NCBI GenBank assembly: GCA_963721305.1
Contig: CAVRIR010000005.1
Location: forward strand, 25,460-89,459
Reading direction: 5' to 3'
Origin: an uncultured Acidimicrobiia bacterium
GTDB lineage: Bacteria; Actinomycetota; Acidimicrobiia; Acidimicrobiales; JACDCH01
Length of the DNA: 64,000 nucleotides
Position 1 is the first letter of the stretch; every line of letters begins with the position of its first letter. The notes below the pieces were generated by a model, which was given only the letters and a program-made list of their open reading frames with translations, was not told the DNA's origin and ran no database searches. Positions 38,074-48,428 of this stretch are shown here, piece by piece. The position numbers and the translations under genes are program-made.

Positions 38074-38706
38074 ATGACCGACCAGACCCTGACCGACCGC
38101 CAGCGGCAGATCCTCGAGATCATCGACAAGTCGATGCGCGATCGCGGGTATCCCCCGTCGGTCCGTGAGATCGGTCAAGCGGTGGGCCTGACCTCGCCAT
38201 CGACGGTCCACTCGCACCTCAACACGCTGTCCAAGCTCGGGTTCCTTCGCCGCGACCCCACGAAGCCCCGTGCGATCGAAGTCCGCTACGACCCCAACTC
38301 CGGGGCTGTGCTCGAGCGCCGGCCCGCCCACTTCGTCCCCTTGGTCGGCGACGTCGCCGCTGGCACCGACGTACTGGCGCAGGAGAACGTCGAGGAGATC
38401 CTCCCGCTGCCTGTGGACTTCACCGGCGACGGCGATCTCTTCATGCTGCGCGTGCGGGGCGAGTCGATGATCGAGGCCGGCATCCTCGACGGCGACTTCG
38501 TGGTGGCGCGTGCACAGCAAACGGCCGACAAGGGCGACATCGTCGTCGCGGGCATCCCCGGCGAGGAGGCAACCGTCAAGACCTACTCCCGCAAGGGCAA
38601 CAAGGTCAGGCTGCTGCCGTCCAACCCGTCGATGGAGCCGATCGAGCTCGACACCGCCGACGTCACCATCTACGGCAGGGTCGTCACCGTGCTGCGAAGG
38701 CTGTAG
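38074..38706 (+). CDS. lexA: LexA repressor
   Basis: ORF 37213..38706 from ATG 38074: MTDQTLTDRQRQILEIIDKSMRDRGYPPSVREIGQAVGLTSPSTVHSHL...VAAG...RGESM...VAGIPGEEATVK. wHTH, Ala-Gly cleavage site and Ser/Lys dyad are all present. Confidence 0.95.
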   Translation: MTDQTLTDRQRQILEIIDKSMRDRGYPPSVREIGQAVGLTSPSTVHSHLNTLSKLGFLRRDPTKPRAIEVRYDPNSGAVLERRPAHFVPLVGDVAAGTDVLAQENVEEILPLPVDFTGDGDLFMLRVRGESMIEAGILDGDFVVARAQQTADKGDIVVAGIPGEEATVKTYSRKGNKVRLLPSNPSMEPIELDTADVTIYGRVVTVLRRL

Positions 38707-38722
38707 GCGCGAGCCGCGTCTG

Positions 38723-39790
38723 TCAGTCCGCGCCGATCGTGACGAGGTCGTAGAGCACGTCCCACGTGCGTTCGAGTTGCGGACGGGTGACGAACTCGTC
38801 CTTGGTGTGTGCGAGCAACGGATCGCCGGGACCCAGGTTCGCGGCAGGGATGCCTCGAGCCGCGAACCGTGCGACGTCGGTCCAACCCAACTTGGCGCGC
38901 ACCTCGAGTCCGTTGCGGCGGATCAGTGCCGCGAGCAGCGGATGGTCGAGACCGGGGCGAGCCGAGGTCGCCGCATCGACCACTTCCACCTCATCGCCCG
39001 GCTCGAGTGCAGGCGCGAGCAGCGAACGCAGCCAGTGCTCGGCCTCGGCCGCGTCGCGATCGGGTGCGAAGCGGTGGTTGAGCACGACGCCCGCCTCGTC
39101 GGGGACCACGTTGCCGGCGACGCCGCCCGTGACGTAGACGGCCTGGACCGCCTCGCGGTACTGGCAGCCGTCGATGACGGGCTCTCGCCCCTCCCAACCG
39201 TCGACGATGGACAGCACGCGGCCGAGCCGGTGGATGGCGTTGCGGCCCATCCACGGCCGGGCGCTGTGGGCCCGCACGCCCGTCAGCCGAACGTCGACGC
39301 GCATCGAGCCCTGGCAGCCTGCCTCGAGCACCGCGCCCGTCGGTTCGCCGAGGATGGCGACGTCGCCCGCGAGGAGATCGGGACGGTCGCGGAACAGATG
39401 GCCGAGCCCGTTGTACTGCGATGCGATCTCCTCGCCGGCGTAGAACGCGTAGGTGACGTCGACGGCCGGATCACGCACCGTGCGGGCGAGCTCGAGCATC
39501 ACGGCAAGCCCGCTCTTCATGTCGGACGCACCGAGGCCCCACAAGGTGTCGCCGTCGATGCGCGCCTTGTCGTTGTCGTTGACCGGGACGGTGTCGGTGT
39601 GGCCGGCGAGCACCAACCGGTGCGCGCGACCGAGGTCGGTTCGGGCCACGAGGTTGTCGCCGACCCGGTCGACGGTCAACCAGCCGGCGCCGGCAAGCTG
39701 CTCTTCCAACCAGTCGGTGATCACCCGTTCGTCGCGGCTGACCGACGGGATGTCGATGAGCTCGGCAGTGAGCCCGAGCAGGTCGGTCAC
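38723..39790 (-). CDS. dapE: succinyl-diaminopimelate desuccinylase
   Basis: ORF 38723..40438 from GTG 39790 (GTGA overlap with the dapD stop): LIDIPSVSRDE...LAGHTDTVP...GASDMKSG...GEE (M20 metallopeptidase motifs). Confidence 0.9.
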   Translation of the reverse strand: MTDLLGLTAELIDIPSVSRDERVITDWLEEQLAGAGWLTVDRVGDNLVARTDLGRAHRLVLAGHTDTVPVNDNDKARIDGDTLWGLGASDMKSGLAVMLELARTVRDPAVDVTYAFYAGEEIASQYNGLGHLFRDRPDLLAGDVAILGEPTGAVLEAGCQGSMRVDVRLTGVRAHSARPWMGRNAIHRLGRVLSIVDGWEGREPVIDGCQYREAVQAVYVTGGVAGNVVPDEAGVVLNHRFAPDRDAAEAEHWLRSLLAPALEPGDEVEVVDAATSARPGLDHPLLAALIRRNGLEVRAKLGWTDVARFAARGIPAANLGPGDPLLAHTKDEFVTRPQLERTWDVLYDLVTIGAD

Positions 39791-40602
39791 CCGACGTTGA
39801 CGCCCTGCTCGCGCAGGATGTCGTTGAGGTACTGGCGTTCGCCCGGTTCGTAGCGCCTGAGCACGAGCACGCACGGCAACGTGAACTCGCCGCCGGGGAA
39901 CGTCCGCTTGCGGCCGGCGCGCACACAGATCGTGTACGGCGGGACGAAGCCACGGCTGAGCTCGGCGCCGGTCTCCGCGTCGATGACGGGGATGCCCGGA
40001 TTGAGGATGGCGCCCTCGCCGAGCACCGCTCCCTCGCCCACCCGCGCCCCTTGGGTGACCATGCAACGGCTGCCGATGAAGGCGTTGTCCTCGACGATCA
40101 CCGGCGCGGCCTGTGGCGGTTCGAGCACGCCGCCGATACCGACGCCGCCGGCGAGATGCACGTTCGCACCGATCTGGGCGCACGAGCCGACCGTCGCCCA
40201 CGTGTCGACCATGGTGTTGGCGCCGACCCGGGCCCCGATGTTCACGTAGCTCGGCATGAGGATGACGCCTCGATCCAAGAACGCACCGAAGCGAGCGGAT
40301 GCGCCCGGCACGACGCGCACACCGTGCGCCGCGTACCCGTGCTTCAGGGGCAGCTTGTCCGCGTACTCGAACGGGCCGACCTCCATCGTCTGGATCGGTA
40401 GCAGCGAGAACAGCAGCAGGATCGCCTGCTTCAACCACTCATGGACGACGACGTCGCCGTCGACGACCTCCGCGACACGGGCTTCACCGCGGTCGAGCAG
40501 CTCGATCGCCTCCTGCACGATGGAACGTGCCTCGCCGTCGTTCGGCGACAGCTCGGCGCGTCGCTCCCACAGCTCGTCGATGCTCGCCTGCAGATCGGCC
40601 AT
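39787..40602 (-). CDS. dapD: 2,3,4,5-tetrahydropyridine-2,6-dicarboxylate N-succinyltransferase
   Basis: 271-aa ORF with hexapeptide repeats (GARVGANTMVDTWATVGSCAQIGANVHLAGGVGIGGVLEP...IGSRCMV.GARVGEGAVLG). Confidence 0.9.
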   Translation of the reverse strand: MADLQASIDELWERRAELSPNDGEARSIVQEAIELLDRGEARVAEVVDGDVVVHEWLKQAILLLFSLLPIQTMEVGPFEYADKLPLKHGYAAHGVRVVPGASARFGAFLDRGVILMPSYVNIGARVGANTMVDTWATVGSCAQIGANVHLAGGVGIGGVLEPPQAAPVIVEDNAFIGSRCMVTQGARVGEGAVLGEGAILNPGIPVIDAETGAELSRGFVPPYTICVRAGRKRTFPGGEFTLPCVLVLRRYEPGERQYLNDILREQGVNVG

Positions 40603-40629
40603 GGGCGCCGAGGGTAACGGTCCGGTCGG

Positions 40630-41715
40630 TCAGACGCCGAGCCGCTCGGCGAGCAGTTCGATGCGATCGTCGGGCTGCACGGCAGCGACGCGGACGTGTC
40701 CGGCGCCGTCGGGTCCATAGAAGTCGCCTGGGCTGACGAGCGCGCCGGCCTCGGTGGCGAGCCGCTTGGCAAGATCCCATGCGTCGCCGCCGGGCGCGGG
40801 TGCCCACAGATAGAACGCGCCGCCCGGCGTCGGCGCGTCGACGTCGAGACCGGCGCGAAGGATGTGACGCAGTCGCTGCAGGCGCGACCGATAGCGGTCA
40901 CGCTGCTCGTCGACATGTCGATCGTCGACGTAGGCGACAGCGGCTGCGGCCTGCACCGGTCCGGGGACCATGAACCCGGCGTGCTTGCGGACCTCACGCA
41001 GGTAGTGCACGAGATCGGTGTCGCCTGCGAAGAACCCGGCGCGCACGCCGGCGAGGTTCGAGCGCTTGGACAACGAGTGCAGCGCGACCACGCCGTGCGT
41101 CCCACTGGCGAGGATCGTCTGCGGCGGCCCGTCCCACGTGAACTCCACGTAGCACTCGTCGCTGAACACCGGGATTCCCTTGGACCGGCCCCAGCGAGCG
41201 GCCGCGTCGAGATCGACGAGCTCGCCGGTGGGATTGCCCGGACTGTTGACCCAGACGCAGAGCGCACGGTCGGCATCGGTATCGACGATGTCGTCGAGAT
41301 GGCGATACGGCACGGCACGGCAGCCGGCGAGCGTCGCGCCCATCTCGTAGGTGGGATAGCTGATCGACGGGTAGAGGACGGTGTCGCGGTCCGGATCGCG
41401 CAAGCGCAGATACTGCGGCGCGCTCGCCACGAACTCCTTCGTGCCGATGCACGCGCCGAGCGCCGCGGGATCGACGTCGACGCCGAGCCGGCGGCGCAAC
41501 CAACCGGCGGCCGCGTCGCGGAACGCCGCCGTGCCGATCGATGGCGGATAACCGCGTTCGGTCCCACTCGAGGCCAGCGCGTCGATGACCGCCGCGGGTG
41601 GCGGATCGCATGGCGTCCCGATCGAGAGATCCACACAACCGCCGGGGAGCGCGTCGGCCGCAGCCTTGAGCGCGTCGAGCCGGTCGTAGGGATAGGGCGG
41701 CGGGACGAAACCCAT
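40630..41715 (-). CDS. dapC: succinyldiaminopimelate aminotransferase (actinobacterial DapC type)
   Basis: 361-aa ORF: MGFVPPPYPYDRLDALKAAA...YPPSIGT...NSPGNPTG...SLSKRSNLAGVRAGF (PLP lysine motif). Confidence 0.85.
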   Translation of the reverse strand: MGFVPPPYPYDRLDALKAAADALPGGCVDLSIGTPCDPPPAAVIDALASSGTERGYPPSIGTAAFRDAAAGWLRRRLGVDVDPAALGACIGTKEFVASAPQYLRLRDPDRDTVLYPSISYPTYEMGATLAGCRAVPYRHLDDIVDTDADRALCVWVNSPGNPTGELVDLDAAARWGRSKGIPVFSDECYVEFTWDGPPQTILASGTHGVVALHSLSKRSNLAGVRAGFFAGDTDLVHYLREVRKHAGFMVPGPVQAAAAVAYVDDRHVDEQRDRYRSRLQRLRHILRAGLDVDAPTPGGAFYLWAPAPGGDAWDLAKRLATEAGALVSPGDFYGPDGAGHVRVAAVQPDDRIELLAERLGV

Positions 41716-43016
41716 CAGTTCGCCACGTAGTCCCGGAAGAGCGCCATGCCCGGATCGTCGAGCCGGGCACGGATGCGCATCGCCGCGTCCTCTGCGACCT
41801 CCCCCAGGACCTCACCTTCGCGGTGCACCGCGGCGAGCATGTCGCCGCGGTCGTACGGAATGACCAGCTCGACGACGCGTGTCACTGAGCGCAGGTGGTC
41901 GCCGATGGACCGCAGCAACTCGTCGAGACCCTCGCCGGTGGTCGAGGACAGGGCGACACTGCCGGGATGGCGCCGGACCATGCGCTGCGCCTCGTCGGGG
42001 GCGAGGTCGGACTTGTTGAACGCCAGCAGCTCGGGGACGTCTCCGGCTTCGATGTCACCGAGTACCGCGTGCACGGCATCGATCTGCGCCTCCGGGTCGA
42101 CGACGGAGGAGTCGACGACGTGCACGAGGAGATCAGCATCGCCTGCCACCTCGAGCGTCGACTTGAACGCTTCGACGAGTTGGTGGGGCAGCTTGCGCAC
42201 GAAGCCGACGGTGTCCGTGAGCAGCACCGGCTCGCCGCCCGGGAGCTCGAGCCGGCGGGTGGTCGCGTCGAGCGTGGCGAACAGCCGGTCCTCGACGAGC
42301 ACGCCGGCGTCGGTCAACCGGTTGAGCAACGTCGACTTGCCCGCGTTCGTGTAACCGACGATGGCGACGTTCTGGAGCCGGCTGCGGCGACGGCTCTTGC
42401 GTTGCGTGGCGCGATGGCGGTCGATGTCGCGCAGCTCTGCCTCGAGCTTGTGGATCCGACGGACGAGACGACGGCGATCGACCTCGAGCTGCGTCTCACC
42501 GGGTCCGCGGGTGCCGATGCGAGCCGCGCCGGCGGACATGCCGCCTGCCTGCTGTGACAGGTTGCGACCTTTGCCTCGCAGCCGAGGCAGCCGGTAGCGG
42601 AGCATCGCGAGCTCGACCTGCGCCTTGCCCTCCTGGCTGTGCGCGTTCTGGGCGAAGATGTCGAGGATCACGGCGGTGCGATCGATCGCCGTGCGTCCGA
42701 GCAGCTTCTCGAGGTTGAACTGTTGCGCGGGCGACAGCTCGTCGTCGAACACGACCGTGTCGGAGTCGACGGACAGCGAGACCTCGCGCAGCTCTTCGGC
42801 CTTGCCCTTGCCGATGTAGGTGGCCGGATCCGGACGATCGCGGCGCTGCACCACACGCGCCACTTCGTCCGCGCCGGCCGTGTCGACGAGCTGCGACAAC
42901 TCGTCGAGGGAGAGCTCGACGTCGTCGAGCTGTGCACCGTCGAGCGCGACGCCGACGAGCACGAGCTTCTCTCGTGTCTCTCGGGAGATGAGGGTGTCGG
43001 TGAGGGCGTCGTTCAT
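41715..43016 (-). CDS. hflX: GTPase HflX
   Basis: 433-aa ORF: AIDRTAVILDIFAQNAHSQEGKAQVELA, GYTNAGKSTLLN (G1), DTVGF (G3), NKSD (G4). TGATG overlap with dapC and ATGA overlap with dapF. Confidence 0.95.
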   Translation of the reverse strand: MNDALTDTLISRETREKLVLVGVALDGAQLDDVELSLDELSQLVDTAGADEVARVVQRRDRPDPATYIGKGKAEELREVSLSVDSDTVVFDDELSPAQQFNLEKLLGRTAIDRTAVILDIFAQNAHSQEGKAQVELAMLRYRLPRLRGKGRNLSQQAGGMSAGAARIGTRGPGETQLEVDRRRLVRRIHKLEAELRDIDRHRATQRKSRRRSRLQNVAIVGYTNAGKSTLLNRLTDAGVLVEDRLFATLDATTRRLELPGGEPVLLTDTVGFVRKLPHQLVEAFKSTLEVAGDADLLVHVVDSSVVDPEAQIDAVHAVLGDIEAGDVPELLAFNKSDLAPDEAQRMVRRHPGSVALSSTTGEGLDELLRSIGDHLRSVTRVVELVIPYDRGDMLAAVHREGEVLGEVAEDAAMRIRARLDDPGMALFRDYVAN

Positions 43017-43816
43017 GGAGCGGTCTCGATGGTGGCGACATGGACCACCGGAACGGTCATGTCGATCGTCGACCCGACGACGATCGACGCGGTCCCACCA
43101 GGCTGATGCACTCGCACCTCACCGGGAACGAGATTCCAGTGCCGGGCGGCCGCGGCAACAGCACATGCACCGGTGCCGCACGCTTCAGTCAGTCCGACGC
43201 CGCGCTCGTAGACCTGCATCGTGAGGGCATCGGGCTCCGGTCCCCGAACAACGAGCTCGACGTTGATCCCGCCCGGCACGAGCGCGTTGACGCGGAGGCC
43301 GGTCGCGACGAGCTCGTCGTCGCCGACCAGTTCGGTCACATGCAAGACGAGGTGGGGATTGCCCACGTCGACGCGAGCAGCGCGGAGGACGTCGCCGTCG
43401 ATCCACTCGGACTCGTCCTCATCGACCTTCACCGTGCCCATGTCCACAGTCGCACGATGCACGTTGCTCTGTTCGGTGGCTTCGACGGTCACCGTGCGAA
43501 CTCCCGCGTCGGTTGCGACGGTGACGGTCGGGCCGGCCACGACGCCTTCGAGCACCACCGCTTGCGCGAGGCAGCTGATGCCGTTGCCGCTCATCTCGGC
43601 CCGTCCGCCGTCGGCGTTGAACAGCTTCATCGTGACGTCGGTGGCACGTTCGCCACCGGCCGACCCGGCGGTGACATGGAGCAGCCCATCGGCGCCGACT
43701 CCCCGGTGCCGATCACAGACCGCCCGCGCCGCGGCGCCGTCGACGGCATGGGCTTCGTCGAGGTCGACCAGCACGAGGAAGTCGTTGCCGAGGCCGTGAT
43801 GCTTGGTCAGGCGCAT
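43013..43816 (-). CDS. dapF: diaminopimelate epimerase
   Basis: ORF 43013..44317 from ATG 43816: MRLTKHHGLGNDFLVL...SGNGISC...EACGTGACA. Both catalytic Cys motifs are present. Confidence 0.9.
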   Translation of the reverse strand: MRLTKHHGLGNDFLVLVDLDEAHAVDGAAARAVCDRHRGVGADGLLHVTAGSAGGERATDVTMKLFNADGGRAEMSGNGISCLAQAVVLEGVVAGPTVTVATDAGVRTVTVEATEQSNVHRATVDMGTVKVDEDESEWIDGDVLRAARVDVGNPHLVLHVTELVGDDELVATGLRVNALVPGGINVELVVRGPEPDALTMQVYERGVGLTEACGTGACAVAAAARHWNLVPGEVRVHQPGGTASIVVGSTIDMTVPVVHVATIETAP

Positions 43817-43835
43817 GTTCCTGCCAGTGTGCCCC

Positions 43836-44750
43836 TCACGACGCCTGACCAGCGACGATTTGCTCGAGGTCGGGCAGGATCTCGAACGGGTCGGATGCGG
43901 CGCGCAACCATTCGATCCGCGGATCGCGGCGGAACCACGCTCGTTGGCGGCGGGCGAACTGCCGAGTACGGCGCACGGCTTGATCCACTGCCTCTTCGAG
44001 CTCGAGGTCGTGCGCAAGGTGCGCGGCGAGCTCCTTGTACCCGAGCGCCTGCGACGCGGTCGGGGAAAGTCCCCCAGGACGGGCGAGAAGGGTCCGGACC
44101 TCGTCAAGGAATCCGGCGGCGAGCTGTCCCTCGTAGCGCACGGCAATCCGGTCGGCCACGACCTCCGGCGGCAGCGCGACGCCCACGAGCTGGAACGAGG
44201 TCGGCGGGTACGCCTCGAGTCCGGGGCCGAACGACGAGAACGGACGGCCACTGCCGATCGTGACCTCCAACGCGCGCACGATGCGCCGTCGGTTCGACGT
44301 GGCCATGCGCGTTGCACCGACAGGATCGAGCTCGCGCAGCCGGTCGTGCAACACCTCTGTGGGCTCGTCGTCGAGCGCTCGGCGCGCCTCCGGGTACCGA
44401 CCCGGAATCGCGAGCTGGTCGATCGCGGCGCGCACGTAGAGGCCGGTGCCGCCGACGAGCAGCGCCCGGTGGCCGCGAGCCTCGATGCCAGCGAGTGCGT
44501 CGCGAAACGCCCATTGGAACCGGGCGACGGTGTAGTCCTCGGCGGGGTCGACGAGATCGATGAGATGGTGCGGCACCTGCGCCTGTTCTTCCGGCGTGGG
44601 CTTCGCGGTGCCGATGTCCATGCCCCGGTAGACCTGCATCGAGTCGATCGACACCAGCTCGATGTCCCGGTGGTGGCGTGCCAGCTGGAGTGCGAGTGCG
44701 GACTTGCCGGACGCGGTCGTACCGACGAGCGCGAGATGGCCGCCGCTCAC
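43836..44750 (-). CDS. miaA: tRNA dimethylallyltransferase
   Basis: ORF 43836..44897 from GTG 44750: LALVGTTASGKSALAL (P-loop)...DSMQVYRGMDIGTAKPT...HHLID...GGTGLY. Confidence 0.9.
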   Translation of the reverse strand: MSGGHLALVGTTASGKSALALQLARHHRDIELVSIDSMQVYRGMDIGTAKPTPEEQAQVPHHLIDLVDPAEDYTVARFQWAFRDALAGIEARGHRALLVGGTGLYVRAAIDQLAIPGRYPEARRALDDEPTEVLHDRLRELDPVGATRMATSNRRRIVRALEVTIGSGRPFSSFGPGLEAYPPTSFQLVGVALPPEVVADRIAVRYEGQLAAGFLDEVRTLLARPGGLSPTASQALGYKELAAHLAHDLELEEAVDQAVRRTRQFARRQRAWFRRDPRIEWLRAASDPFEILPDLEQIVAGQAS

Positions 44751-45526
44751 CGCGTCGGCGGCCCGGCCTCGGCAACGGCACGCACGTGCGCGGCGGGCAG
44801 TCCGTATGGCTCGAACCGGACGAGCCACCACGTGGCACCGGCCTTCGCCCACGGTTCCGGGTCCTCGTCGGGTAGGCCCTGCACCGCGACGTCCCATGCG
44901 CCGGCCGCGGGATCGCGGAACGGCTCTGCGTACGCGAGCTCAGCGGCGAGATCGTCGGGCGAGCCGAGACCGATCGGGAACCAGCCGTCCCACTTTGCAG
45001 CGCGACGAATCGGCGCTCGGTTGGGATGGCGCGACGCGACCCAGATCGGGATGCGCGGCTCCTGCAACGGTGTCGGCAGCAACCGGACGCCGTTGGCCTC
45101 CTCACCTCGCCACCAGCGGTCGATGTGCTCGAGCCCGTCGTCGACGAGCTTCGCTCGAACGCGCGCGTCCATCTCCTCGCCGAAGCGCGACAGCTCACCG
45201 CCCGGATCGCCGCCGAGTCCCACACCGAAGACGAACCGTCCGTCACACAAGCGGTCGAGCGTCGCGCCCTGTCGGGCTACGACCTGGGCGCGACGCCGGG
45301 CGATCGGCGTGACCATCGGACCCAACAGGACACGCTCGGTGGCCTGCGCGATGGCCGCCATGACAACCCATGGATCAGCGATGCGCTCGACTGGATCGCG
45401 GTACAGCATGTGGTCCCACACGAACACCGCGTCCCAAGCGGCGGCCTCGGCCGCGACCGCGATGTCGACGGCGACCAGCGGCTCGGACAGCTCGTCGAAC
45501 AGCGGGATGAAGAGAGCGCAACGCAC
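44747..45526 (-). CDS. LLM-class (luciferase-like) flavin/F420-dependent oxidoreductase
   Basis: 259-aa ORF: FVWDHMLY...LLGPMVTPIARRRAQVVARQGATLDRLCDGRFVFGVGLGG. GTGA overlap with the miaA start. Confidence 0.75.
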   Translation of the reverse strand: MRCALFIPLFDELSEPLVAVDIAVAAEAAAWDAVFVWDHMLYRDPVERIADPWVVMAAIAQATERVLLGPMVTPIARRRAQVVARQGATLDRLCDGRFVFGVGLGGDPGGELSRFGEEMDARVRAKLVDDGLEHIDRWWRGEEANGVRLLPTPLQEPRIPIWVASRHPNRAPIRRAAKWDGWFPIGLGSPDDLAAELAYAEPFRDPAAGAWDVAVQGLPDEDPEPWAKAGATWWLVRFEPYGLPAAHVRAVAEAGPPTR

Positions 45527-45537
45527 GGGCGAAGCGC

Positions 45538-46929
45538 TCAGCCCGCGAACACCGGTATCCGCGTCCGGTGACGCGGTGCGGCGGTGATCGCGACGAGCTC
45601 ACCGACGAGATGGTGGGGGCCGGCGTCCGTGACTCGCACGTCCGCAAACGTGCCCGGCCGCAACGTCGTGTCGCCGGCCGACGGGAAGTGCACGAGCTTG
45701 TTCTGGCGCGTGCGCCCGGTCGTGACCGACGAGTCCTTCTTGCTCGGGCCCTCGACGAGGACCTGCTCGGTTCTGCCGATCCGGTCGCGGTGCTTGAGCA
45801 GCCCGCTGCGCTCGACCACGACGCGAAGCCGTTCGAACCGTTCCGCCACGACGTCGGTCGGCACGAAGTCGTCGACCCGCTCTGCCGCCTCCGTTCCGGG
45901 ACGAGGCGAGAAGATGAAGGTGTACGCGCTGTCGTACTCGGCGGCGGCAACGACGTCGAGGGTGCGCCCGAAGTCATCGTCGGTCTCACCGGGAAAGCCC
46001 ACGATGAGGTCGGTGGTGACCGCGAGGTCGGGCACGGCCGCACGGGCTCGGGCCAAACGTTCGAGGTAGCGCTCACCGGTGTAGCCGCGATGCATCGCGG
46101 CGAGCGTTCGATCGGACCCGGCCTGCAGCGGGAGATGGAGGTGCTCGCACACGGTCGCCGTCGTCGCCATGGCTTCGATCGTCTCGGCTCGGAGGTCCTT
46201 CGGGTGCGGACTGGTGAACCGGATCCGCCGGATGCCGTCGACCGCACCAACTGCTTGCAGCAGCTCCGCGAACAGTGGCCGGCGCTTCGTCAGATCACGG
46301 CCGTACGAGTTGACGTTCTGCCCGAGCAACGTGATCTCGACCACGCCGTCGGCCGCGAGCCGTTCGACCTCCTGCACGATCTCGTCGAGCGAACGGGAGA
46401 TCTCCTTGCCCCGCACCGCCGGAACGATGCAGAAGGCGCACCGGTTGTCGCAACCGATCTGGATCGTGACCCACGCGGCGTACGGAACCTCGCGCCGGGC
46501 AGGCAACGCCGATGGGAACGCCTCGTGATCGTCGGGATCGGTCGCATCGAGGACCTCGGTGATCGGACCGTTGCGTCGGGCGTCGTCGACGAGCGCCGCG
46601 GCCCGATGGACGTTGTGCGTGCCGAGCACGACGTCGACATGGGGCGCCCGCTCGCGCACGAGGTCGCGGTCCTTCTGCGCGAGGCACCCCGCCACCACGA
46701 TCTGCAGATCGGGCCGCGCCTGCTTCACGGACTTCAGATGGCCGAGGTTGCCGTACAGACGGTTGTCGGCGTTCTCACGGATGCAGCAGGTGTTCAAGAC
46801 GACGACGTCCGCATCGTCGAGCCCGGACGCCACTTCCATACCGTCCGCCTCGAGCAGGCCCGCGATGCGCTCGGAGTCGTGCTCGTTCATCTGGCACCCG
46901 AAGGTGCGAAGCAGGTACTTGCGGGCCAT
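45538..46929 (-). CDS. miaB: tRNA-2-methylthio-N6-dimethylallyladenosine synthase
   Basis: 463-aa ORF: RTFGCQMNEHDSE, radical-SAM CDNRCAFC, and a TRAM domain at the C-terminus. Intact. Confidence 0.95.
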   Translation of the reverse strand: MARKYLLRTFGCQMNEHDSERIAGLLEADGMEVASGLDDADVVVLNTCCIRENADNRLYGNLGHLKSVKQARPDLQIVVAGCLAQKDRDLVRERAPHVDVVLGTHNVHRAAALVDDARRNGPITEVLDATDPDDHEAFPSALPARREVPYAAWVTIQIGCDNRCAFCIVPAVRGKEISRSLDEIVQEVERLAADGVVEITLLGQNVNSYGRDLTKRRPLFAELLQAVGAVDGIRRIRFTSPHPKDLRAETIEAMATTATVCEHLHLPLQAGSDRTLAAMHRGYTGERYLERLARARAAVPDLAVTTDLIVGFPGETDDDFGRTLDVVAAAEYDSAYTFIFSPRPGTEAAERVDDFVPTDVVAERFERLRVVVERSGLLKHRDRIGRTEQVLVEGPSKKDSSVTTGRTRQNKLVHFPSAGDTTLRPGTFADVRVTDAGPHHLVGELVAITAAPRHRTRIPVFAG

Positions 46930-46978
46930 CCCGCCTCAGGTTAGGTGGACGCGGACGTCGTCAGTAGCTGAGCGGCCC

Positions 46979-46995
46979 GGACCACGCCGTGGTCC
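46979..46995. terminator. hairpin between recA and miaB
   Basis: GGACCAC-gcc-GTGGTCC, about 87 nt beyond the recA stop. No U tract. Confidence 0.3.
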
Positions 46996-47081
46996 GCTGT
47001 CCGATGGTCACCCTCTCGACGAGGCGCTTGACAAGAGGATGACCACCGGACCGCGACTTGTGCTCGACGCGTGACGGGAAG

Positions 47082-48146
<1,065 letters not shown>

Positions 48147-48237
48147 CGCTGTCTCCTTTGCTGCTGCCGTTCAGGCGTTCGGTTGCTGGGCTGCGGCCGG
48201 TGCAGAGCAGCGGAGTCGCAGCGACGAGGTACGGGAC

Positions 48238-48265
48238 ATCATCCCCAGGGGGTGTGACAGTGAAG
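48238..48265 (-). promoter_or_regulatory. candidate LexA-independent damage promoter (RecA-NDp-like), proximal recA promoter
   Basis: Sense strand CTTCACTGTCACACCCCCTG-GG-GATGAT. The 20-mer at 48246-48265 is identical to 37827-37846. Confidence 0.5.
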
Positions 48266-48299
48266 GACTGCCGGAACAGACTGCGTGGCGAATGACAGG

Positions 48300-48329
48300 A
48301 CTGTAGTTCCGAACGAGTGTTCGGTTCAA
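48300..48329 (-). promoter_or_regulatory. candidate LexA-repressed distal recA promoter
   Basis: Sense strand TTGAAC (48329-48324), an 18-nt spacer containing the SOS box, then TACAGT (48305-48300). Confidence 0.55.
48310..48323. promoter_or_regulatory. SOS box (LexA site) of recA
   Basis: CGAACGAGTGTTCG, a perfect GAAC-N4-GTTC. Confidence 0.85.
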
Positions 48330-48428
48330 GCATCGCGGCCAGATCTGTTCGCTGGTCCTGTTGCCGGCCCGTGAACGAGTCGTGAAATGCGTCACAAGCG
48401 GTTACTTTTTCAAGCAACACAGCCGACA

